A DNA stretch of 61,028 nt, the filler included, from Jimgerdemannia flammicorona (lineage: Eukaryota): assembly GCA_003990765.1 (NCBI GenBank). It is 3 parts of 3 records of this genome, joined end to end, with 100 filler letters (N's around TTAATTAATTAA, not from the genome) between each part and the next. Parts side by side here need not be neighbours in the genome. Positions count along the whole stretch, not along the records: positions 40,759 to 61,028 come from RBNJ01001719.1; 2 more parts are not named here. One strand, written 5' to 3'. A program made the position numbers and the translations under genes. The notes below the pieces were generated by a model. It saw only the letters and a program-made list of their open reading frames with translations, was not told the origin of the DNA and ran no database searches. Shown in pieces: positions 48,701 to 58,485 of the stretch (positions are counted from its first letter, which is position 1; every line of letters begins with the position of its first letter).

Positions 48701-51626
48701 CATTCAGGTGAAAGTTTCTCACTGGCAGTGTGAGGGTTTGTCAGTGGGTATCAGGTGGATGAGATTGAAAGAGGCTGCAAGGGTCTATTGGGGAGAGGCT
48801 GGGAGAGAAGCTGGGAGAAGAAGGAGGAAGCACATGAGGTATGCTTCCAGCAGGCTGAGGAGATTGCAGATGGATTGGGCTGGTTTGCTTACTTCTGATG
48901 GGGTGAAGGATTGGAGGTTAGCATGGATTAGATTGGAGGTATTGGAACTGCAGCAGGTGCTGTGAGAAGAGGAGGAGGTATATATGTGAGATATGGCTGC
49001 TAGGCTACAGTGGCAGGGGCTTGAGGAGAGTGAGTGGTCTACTAGATATTTATCCCATCTGCTTAGTGCTAGGAGGGTGAGGCATCAGTGGGATGGAGTC
49101 CTAGATGCCGATGGAGACATGGTGCATGGCACACAACAAATCCTAGGAGTTTTGAAAGAGAGATGGTGGGGTCTGTGGAGTGAGGATGAAGGAGGTGCTG
49201 ATGAGGCAGCTATTGAAGAGGCATTAGGAGAATGGAGGCCACTACGGGTGGCGGGCCTGGCTGACTTGGCCCTGCTGGTGCGTGGTGAGGAAGTCCAGAG
49301 TATCCTTGCAGCAACTCAAACTGGAACAGCACCAGGGGAAGATGGACTACCGTGGGACTTCTGGAAGAAGATAGTCAAGGTCTCTGGCATTCTGGGGGAG
49401 ATGACTGCTCTCTGTGATCATGTTCTTCAGAGCAGTGAATGGGTTGGGGAGCAGGACCTCGGGCTAGTGGCTTTATTGTATAAAGACAAGGGGAGGAGAG
49501 AAGACTGGAAGAACTGGTGGCCAATCATGCTTTTGGACATGGACAGGAAGATGGTAACTAAGGTGGTTGACACAAGGCTGCAGAAGGTTGCCCAACAAGT
49601 GCTGGGGGAGGAGCAGCGGGGCTTTATTGGAGGAAGGCTTATTAGAGATGGGACTGCTTGGGTGCATGGTATCATTGAAGGGGCCCAGGCTTGTGGCCTG
49701 GATGGGAGGTTGGTCTTTTTGGATCAGGAGAAGGCCTATGACTGGGTCCAGTGGGTTTGGCTGAGCAAGGTGTTGGATCGTATTGGTGTTCCTCCTGGAT
49801 TTTGGGCTTCTATAGTGAATCTGCTCAAGGGCAGTTGGGCGGCACTATTATATAATGGTCACCATGGTCGGGCTTTTACCTTGCAAAGAGGGGTTCCTCA
49901 GGGGGACCCCTTGTTCCCTATTCTCTATGCTCTCTCATTAGAACTGTTAATGAATAGGATTCGCCAGAAGGTGGTGGGGCTCTCTATCTATGGTATAGTG
50001 TAGAAGGTGGGGACCTTTGCAGATGATATAGTGGTTGGCCTTGGGTCTGTGGCAGATGTCAAGGCACTTCAGGAGACAGTGGAATGGTTTGAGATTCACT
50101 CTGGGGTGAAGCTCAACTAGCATAAGTATGAGACTGTGGTACTAGGAAATAGACTGGTGGGTGGGGATGTCATTGGAACAATTGTCCCTACTGGTGAGGT
50201 GGTGTGGTATCTGGGCATCTTCCTCTCTGTGTATGGTTCTGTCTTGTCACAAGTGTGGTGGGAGAGCAGGGTGGCTATTTGGGGGGAGGCCCTTCAAGGG
50301 TGGGGAGGCCACCATATCTCTCTAGCAGGGCGGGTCTCGATTCTGAATGCATACTGGTTTCCCAAGCTGTGGTATGTGGCATATCACCTAGACTTCCCAG
50401 CTTGGGTAGTGAAGAGGCTGATGAAGGTGGCTAGAGATTGGATCTGGGCAGGGAGGAGGTCCCAGATCAGTTGGGATGCTCTTGCAATGCTGGTGGACAG
50501 GGGAGGTCTTGGCCTTGTGGAATTCCCTAAGAGGTTGCACTGCTTGCGAGCTTGGTGGCTGAAGAGAGTGGCTGACCTGCAGGGAGGGGGTTGGGTACTT
50601 CTGATGCAGAAGGTGTAGGAGATGAGAACCTCCCCTCAAGGGTCCTCTGGAGATCTACTCTCTTTGGTAGGGCTCAATAGAGTTCGGCAGCTGCGATTTA
50701 AGGGCTTTTGGTGGAGAGTGGTTGATGGAGCACACCAAATTGGCCTGCACTGGCAAGGCAATGAGGGGGAGGTGTAGTGGGGTCCTCATATGTAGCGATG
50801 GGATAGACTGCTTCTGGGGGGTGCTCTACTTGTTACTTTTGATATTGGGGATGGAGTGGAGTGTCAGCAGGGTCTTCGACAAGACCTTTGGCTGAGTGGC
50901 TGGCAGGTAGTTGGAATTGGCGAGGAGTGGGACTGTGCTGGTATCTGGTCTTGGAGTGCTGAGGTGCGGTGGTGGCTTCCCCCCAAGTTCGGGGTGGTGT
51001 GGTGGCAACTACTGTAGAGAAATGTCATGCTGAATTTCTGCACCAGGCATCTGGTGGATGGGGGCTGTTTTGATTGTGAGGAGTGTTACAATATAGGGCA
51101 AGTTGGGGGTTTGGTGCAGATGCCAGAACATTGGCTGGGGGAGTGTGAGGTTTTGGGGGACTTTTGGGTTGAGATAGGGAATAGATTGGGTGTGGGGCAC
51201 AGGCCAGTGGGTGAAGGGGATCACTGGGAGGGCTTGAGATCTCGGCTGGTGGGGGGGGTGGGTGATAGTTGGCTTACTGTTGGGTGGATGTTAGTGGTTT
51301 GAGTGGGTCTGGCAGGACATTGGCTATTTGTATTTGAGGAGAGGTGGCAGATGAGCCTGCAGGAGAAGGTTGTAAGATGGGAGGAGCTGTTGGGGGATTT
51401 GTTGACTGGATGGTAGATAGGTTGGGGTCTCTCAGGGGGGAGGTGGTGTGGTTTGGTGGTGAGGATATGTGAACAGAGTAGTGGGAGGGTGGGTATTGAA
51501 TTTGATAGAGTGGTGTTTTATCACGAAAGGATAGGGGAGAGGGGCCCCCCTAGGGGGATTGGATAGGGGGTGGGTTTACTGTATTTATATAGGGTAGATG
51601 GTATAATAAAGGATGAGTCCAAGTGA

Positions 51627-51654
<28 letters not shown>
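45767..51654 (+). mobile_element. Full-length L1/Tx1-type LINE, copy 2, nested in family B pol with a 17-bp TSD
   Basis: TSD aaagaaaggaaaaggca (45750-45766) / aaagaaagaaaaaggca (51655-51671). ORF1 ~45846-47875; ORF2 47907-51566 (SLNVNG, GGDFN, SDH, PQGDP, FADD at 50016). AATAAA at 51605, poly(A) from 51629. Confidence 0.96.
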
Positions 51655-51659
<5 letters not shown>

Positions 51660-51895
51660 AAGAAAAAGGCAAGCAATTAATAGAGGAAGAATGGTATACA
51701 AGAATCGCAGATGGATACGCCCCACTAGGAAGGTGCCCCCATGGTGAAAGAATGTACTGTACCCAGCACTTGGATCGCTGCTACTCTTATATTATTGAGG
51801 TGAAGAAGATCACCAACAAGCCAAAGAAGAACCACGAGGAACTAGAAGATGGACCACCAGAGTTATTGGATGACAGTGATGATGAGGATGAAGAT

Positions 51896-52308
51896 ATCAC
51901 AGTCAAGATACAAAGGATTCACCCTGATACAGTCATGCTACAGTACAAGTCAGAGAATGCAGCTGGAATAGATCTATATACTACTATACACATAATACTC
52001 GAACCACAGACCACTACCATTCTAGGAACAGAAATTGAAGTAACCATCCCACCAAACCATGTCAGAATCCTCAAGACAAGGAGTAGCCTGACGAAAAGCA
52101 AAATATCTATAGAAGGAGGAGTCATCGATTTGGATTATACTGGAGAAATTCTTCTCCTTACCAGGAACCATAACCCAACAATCCCATTTGAAGTAAGGAA
52201 GAAGGATCGGCTGGCGCAAATGCTCATCCTACCTGTCCTTAATCCAAGAATCAAAGAGGTCGCAAATATCAGACAAACTCAATGAGAAAGAGCTAGATTC
52301 GGCTCTAC
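51896..52308 (+). pseudogene. dUTPase domain of family B pol
   Basis: Motifs AAGIDL, TRSS, GGVIDLDYTG, RLAQML, *ERARFGST. Confidence 0.9.
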
Positions 52309-55032
52309 AGAAAGAGGAGTCCTCACAGCAACTAAGATCACCGAATTGGAGCACAAGAAGGAGGAAAGCCAAGACAAACACACCTATACAATCAGAAGAA
52401 ACTTTCCCCTCAGGGAAGAATTTCAGAGCCTCTTGCATACATTCGAGGATGTACTGACCATAGATTTCAAGGACATCAAGATTAAGAAACTCTTGTATTA
52501 TTATGATATCAATACTGGAGATGCAAAGCCAATCTATCAGAAGGCCCACCCCATTCCACCAGCATATAGAGAATGGCTCAAGACAGAGATCAAGGAAATG
52601 GAGGAATCTGGTATCATTGAAGAAGCCAGCAGCCCATGGTTCTCCCTCATTGTCCTTGCACCAAAGAAAGGAAGCCAACTAGGAGAATTTACACCAAGAC
52701 TCTGCACAGACTATAGAAGACTCAACAAGGTCACAGAGAAGGACAGACAACCATTGCCAAATATTGGTGATATTCTCATCATGCTGGGGAATGAATCATA
52801 ATTCTATACCACCTTGGATCTTTTCTCAAAATTCTACCAAATCGGCCTTATACCAGAAGCCAGCAAAAGATCAGCCTTCATCACCCCTGATGGAACCTAT
52901 GTCTATCTTCGCATGCCCTTTGAAATGTGCAATGCACCAGCAAGCTTCCAGCAAATGATGAACAGCATCTTCAGAGATATTATGGAAAAATAGATGATAG
53001 TATATGTAGATGATGTGATCATCTTCAGCCGAACAGCCAAGGAGCACTTGCAACATATTGAGGAAATCCTCAGAAGGCTTCACAAACATGGCCTCTATAT
53101 CAAGCCCAAGAAATGCAAGTTCGGAGAAGAAGAGATCACATACCTCAGACACATTATCAACTGTGAAGGAATATATACAGACCCTACAAAGGTCAAAGCA
53201 GTAGTAGCATACTCAGTACTTACCAGTATCACTGAAGCCTGAGCCTTCATGGGACTTGCATCCTACTATAGAAGATTTATTAGAAGGTTCTCCCACATTG
53301 CCAGTCCTATCTATGATCTGTTCAGAAAAGAGGTCAAGTTCCAGTGGACTCAGCAGCAGCAACTAGTCTTTGACGAGCTCAAGACCAGATTGACCTAGGC
53401 CCCAATCCTGAGAAGACCTGACTGGACTCAAGAGTTTATTCTGCAGACAGATGCCAGTGCAATGGGACTTGGAGCTGTCCTTGTACAAAAGAAGAATAGT
53501 GCCAAATATATGGTAGCTTATCTCAGCCAAGATATCTGAGGAGCCAAGCAGTCCTATGAATCATACAAGTTGGAATGCCTTGCAGTCATCTGGGCTGTGA
53601 AGAAGTTCCACTACTATCTGGCTGGAAGACACTTCACCATCCAGACAGATCATTCAGCACTTACCTGGTTGCTCACTATCAGTGAGCCCAAAGGAATCTA
53701 TGCCTGATGGATTATGAAGCTACAAGCATATGATGCCATGATTACCCACTGCTCTGGAAGAACCAATGCCAATGCTGACACCCTCTCATGGATACCCCAA
53801 AGGACCCCACTCCCACAAAATCACCATGAATAAGGAACTGTATTATGGAATCATCAGCTACCTGAGGCAGCGAAAGATGCCCCCATATCTGGAAGAATGG
53901 ACAAAAACAATTATTAATTGGACATAGAAACAATTTGAAACTGATAGAGAAATACTCAAAAAAGGACAACAATTAGACATCCCTGAGCATCAGAAGAATC
54001 AAGTAATGAAAGAAGTACATGAACAGGGTCATGTAGGAGGAACAAATACATATGACAAAGCAAGAAGAACTATGTAGTGGCCCAGAATGGAAGAAGATAT
54101 CAGACAATTTGTCAGGACCTGTGACAAATGCCAGAAATAGAAACAAGACTGATGGGATCAAGCCCCAGGATCAGCAGACATCGAACCAATACCATTTGCC
54201 CACATTGCAATGGATGTAATTGGCCCTCTACCCCTAACATTGACCAGCAACCGATATATCATTGTAATAGTGGATCTATTTACAAAATGGGTAGAGGCCA
54301 AACCCCTCAAGGAAGCCAATGTATAGTCAATTACCGATTTCTTTCACAGAGAAATCATCTGCTGATTCAAGACCCCAAAGCAAGTTACTACAGACAGAGG
54401 AACAGAATTCATCAACCAGTTCCATGAGGTTCTTTACAAGAAGTACAAGATCCAACACATCAATACCACAGCCTATCACCTACAAGAAAACAGACAAGCA
54501 GAAAGAACCAACAAGACCCTCAAGAACATCATTGCTAAGATCTGTGATGAATATGGAAACTGGGACCACTATCTACCAATAGTATTATCCACTCTGTGAG
54601 ATATATGATCACAAAGCACCCATTTTACACCACAAGAAATGCTATTTGGTGAAGAAGGTTCTGGTGAAAGTTTGTCAGCAAGTAATGATGCAATCTGGAA
54701 GCATGTGGACACGGAGATATGGAGATTGCATCAAATTAGGAAAAAGGCTGAGAATTACATAATCAAGGCCCAGGCACTACAATGGAACAATGCGGAAAAA
54801 GCCCACAAGCCCCTGGAGATTATCAAGATAGGAGATGAAGTCCTAGTATATTGGAATGTAGTAGAAGCTTCTTGGTCACGAAAACTGGAGCCTAAGTGGG
54901 AAGGACCTTATTTGATACAAGATATAAAAGGGACTACTTTCCAGCTACAAAAGCCCTCAGGCACAATAATCCCCACCACCATTCATCGAAACTGACTCAA
55001 GAAGTACCATGGCCAATAACTGAAGCACTGTA

Positions 55033-55469
55033 ATGGCACTCAAGATTACTAGTGCTGCCCAAAGAGTCATCAAAAGACAATGTCACACCACTGAGCCTCC
55101 GACCATAGAGGCATACTATGGGGATATTCAGAGTATTATACAGACTCATCTCTCTTGGATCTTGCACTTTAGAGCCTATCAATATTGGGCAGAATTCTAA
55201 GAGTACTTCAAGCTTGGACAGGTGCTCAATCAGGATCCAGCAAAGACCAAAGAGAACTGGTTACCAAGTGTCAACTCTCCCACTCACAGATCACTATTGC
55301 CAAAAGAATCCACAAGTTATTCTGAGAAGATGAATCAGCAATAGACCACCTGAGAGGAGTAACCCCCACTGACTTCGAGAAAGTGAGAAGACATCATTGG
55401 GAAACAGTCATGCAGCAAATTGCACAGTATAAGACCATACAGACGGTTGAAGCCTGGGAGTTTGAATAG
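55033..55469 (+). pseudogene. Accessory ORF between integrase and PPT of family B (~145 codons, disrupted)
   Basis: MALKITSAAQRVIKR...EYFKLGQVLNQ, then a frameshift into ...ITIAKRIHKLF*EDESAIDHLRGVTPTDFEKVRRHHWETVMQQ...FE*. Confidence 0.55.
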
Positions 55470-55506
55470 ATGCCTCAGGGATGAGACCATCTATTCAGGA
55501 GAAAGT

Positions 55507-55972
55507 TGTGATGGTACAGCCAAAGTTGGAAGAAGGAAATAGGGAATAGACACTCAATCGCACTCAGTCCCAAAGTAGTATAGCCTTATAGTTAGTAGTC
55601 CTCAATTTCGACATTGTCTAAATTCTTAGACATTGTTAAAATTCTTAGACATCATCCAAATCGAATGTCCTGATTTAGTATAGCATTTAGACATTGTCCA
55701 AATATTTCAACAAAGTCCAAATGACTCATTTATTACTTAGCCACCTTCACATAGCTAGCAAACTTGTATAAATAACCCAGTATCTTGGAGTGAATAAACC
55801 TCAGATCGAAAGTGTTAGAAAAAGAACAAGTATACCAATAAAAGGACCTTCGGGATTACCTCTTTAAACACATTTGGCCTCAAGGAACTACTGACTCTAG
55901 GAGTCAAGAAGATAACAATTCAAGATAAAGAAATCTAATGTACTTGTCTGTCTTAGCATCCGCTATGTTACA
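55507..55972 (+). repeat. Family B 3' LTR (466 bp)
   Basis: Preceded by purine tract caggagaaag; carries one extra unit of the internal gacattgtctaaattctta repeat relative to the 5' LTR. Confidence 0.95.
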
Positions 55973-56516
55973 ATATATAAGTATGTTATTATATATTATT
56001 AATTTTGATAAAGAGTTTAATTTTGAAATTAATAGAGTTATTGATTTTGAAATTGAATTTCAGATATTCTATAAGCTGAGGTAGCTGAGTATATATAAAA
56101 TTGTCTCAATTATACATAGTTAAGCTTTAATATTAAAAAAGATAATAACTTTACTCTAGTTATAACCTGAGCTCCTATGGAGTATCTCTAGATAGATCTT
56201 ATTGATATAAGTAAGTTTGAGACTGAAAGTAATAGTTATTATTAGATTTTAACTATTATTAATATTTTTTTAAAATACTTATAAATAATTTTATTATTTA
56301 ATATATAAGAATTAAGTAGATATTAGTAATATACTATTATAGCTATTTGCAATTATTGATACTTGTAAAATTCTTCTGTTTAATAATAGTAAAAAATTTG
56401 CTCAGAGGATAATTGAGCTATTATATGAGATACTCTATTAAGTATAATTTGGTTTAGTTTTATTTAGTTTTTAAATTTTGAAATTATAATTATTGTATCT
56501 TATTTTCAAAATATAT
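55973..56516 (+). mobile_element. AT-rich relic of an rve integrase (Ginger-like DNA transposon or retroelement)
   Basis: 56157-56290 translates VIT*APMEYL*IDLIDISKFETE..Y.*ILTIINIFLKYL, which is restorable to the integrase motif P.E.LQIDLID...Y.WILTIID.FSKY. Confidence 0.5.
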
Positions 56517-58464
56517 TATGACATATGTAATTGACAATGGAGTACCAGTGACTGCTAAGATCAGACGACATAATGGCATGACAATCAAATAGACAGCCTG
56601 ACCCATTAGGTGATCACCCCAAAAGGAGCAATGATAATCCGAGCCAAAAGAAAGACTATATTATTTAAAGAATCATACTCTGCCTCAGGAATCAGCACTA
56701 AAGAACAAGTACCCACCATACAATGCCTCCTATCCACCATCCCAACCAGACCTCCCGCCACTCTTCCCCCTTGCCTGGCCCAAAGACTCTAATCCTTGAA
56801 GCTATCAAGAAGGCTATTTGGTACCCAGACACCTCTGAACATCTGAACTTCTACACTGAGGATCTTGGACACTTCATCATTACCAGTACATAATGACCCA
56901 ATAGCTCAAAGATACCACTGAATGAATGACCCTCTGGCATGATTACGAAATTGGACACCATCTTTGTAATGAAACCCAAGAAGGCAACCAGGAAGACCTC
57001 ATTGCCAAAATGTTAACCACCAGCCGGCTAATCAAGAGAGCCCTCTGTGTCCACCAAATCTTCTGCCATATTCTCTGGGCTATTGCACACTTACAAGGAG
57101 TAACTGCTGGAAGTCTTGCCCATCTCTCAACTGAAGATGCAGACTGGATAGAATCAGAAGTAGCTGACTCTATTGGTAGTAACCGGGTCATGGTAGGAAG
57201 CCAACAAATCGAGCCCACTCAACCAGGCTTTCACACCACTCCACTCTAAGACAACCATCAAGATCACCTAATGAGTCTCATGGAAATCTTCGAAGGACCA
57301 CCCATTACCATTACAACACCTGTTGGAGCAACCCCAACTACTCACCACCCTGTCAGCTACAATTCGCACCTCATCATTTGGGAACCAAATCAAAAAGTCC
57401 CAGAAGTCCCTACCAACATGGAAACTGAAGGATCTGAGGAAGAAGAAGAGGAGGAACAAAGAATCTACCAATCCTCTGTCCACCTTCAAGCAGTCCAAGG
57501 GTTGGAGAATGTCATCGAAGATGATAGGCCACAATTCTACCCCCTCACCTCCTGGCTGGTGCTCTCACTCTTTGAAGAATGGGATGAAGAAGTCATAATC
57601 CAGCAAGATGATTGAATCACTGATGAAGGGTACTTTACTATTCAGTGATCCAACGTCCGTTTCCTCAGTCTGGTCAGCCAACATTTGTCAGCAAGTCAGC
57701 AACACCTGTTTTCAGCGATACCACCCACAACATCCATATCCAGCACTAGTACTTATCTTATCCAAATTCAGCGTAAATAATTGTTACATCCATTTTCAGC
57801 GATACTACTCACAACATCCATATCTAGTACTAGCACTCATCTTATCCCAATTTGGTGCAAACAATTATCACACCCGTTTTCAGCAATTAAACCACTACAA
57901 TGTAGTATACCTTAGCCCCCCCCCTATAGCTAGCAAATTTGTATAAATAACCCTATATCTTAGAGTGAATAAACCTCAGTCAGTTCTAGTTTACAAAGAA
58001 ACCACTGCCTCTAAGAGACCGGAAAATTCTGAGAACAAGATAACAACCTAGAGCAATGGATTGCTTGGAAGTTTGAGTTAAGGAATTTCTCTTGCCACCC
58101 AAATTTCTAGTTTTGCCACTACGAAAAGGATTCAAGATCATGGACCGCCCACAATTCAGTCAGTTTGTGTTTAAAAGTAAAAAGGATTACAAAGAAACCT
58201 CACTGCCTCCAAGAGACCGGATAAATTCTGAGAACAAGATAACTAGAGCAACGATCACTCGAGGTTTGAGTTAAAGAATTTTCTCTTACCATCACAAAAT
58301 GTTCAAGATTTGCCACTAAGGAAAGCCACATGAATCAGATGAACCGATCATGTGACCATCGACCCGCAACCATCGCAAATGCACTCAGTCATATACCACA
58401 TGCTCCACCAAGTGGCACATTGAGCCATACTTGAAGCAACTAGAGATACAAACTGTACACGACA
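56517..58464 (+). repeat. Family A 5' LTR (~1.95 kb)
   Basis: Starts t(a)tgacatatgtaattgacaat, matching tgtgacgtacacaattgacaat of copy 1; ends ...CACGACA before the PBS. Internal ~105-bp duplication at 57991-58100 / 58187-58293. Confidence 0.85.
57927..57979 (+). promoter_or_regulatory. LTR promoter/poly(A) core (TATAAATA plus AATAAA) shared by both Gypsy families
   Basis: tagctagcaaa(c/t)ttgtataaataaccc...tctt(a/g)gagtgaataaacctcag also occurs at 43627-43679, 55752-55804 and (minus strand) 32011-32063. Confidence 0.7.
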
Positions 58465-58467
58465 TTT

Positions 58468-58485
58468 TGGGGGCTCAACTGGGAA
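58468..58485 (+). promoter_or_regulatory. Primer-binding site, probably tRNA-Pro
   Basis: TGGGGGCTCAACTGGGAA 3 nt after the LTR end; resembles the tRNA-Pro PBS TGGGGGCTCGTCCGGGAT. Confidence 0.65.

Larger units (their letters stand above)
43403..55972 (+). mobile_element. Ty3/Gypsy LTR retrotransposon family B, complete (two LTRs, ATAT TSD), interrupted by a LINE
   Basis: LTRs 43403-43846 and 55507-55972 (TGT...ACA) with ATAT on both flanks. Gag knuckle YNCREEGHYASKC, decayed protease AIIDIG, dUTPase, RT YVDD at 53003-53014, RNase H QTDAS, integrase (AMDVIGPL; PKWEGPY). Confidence 0.96.
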
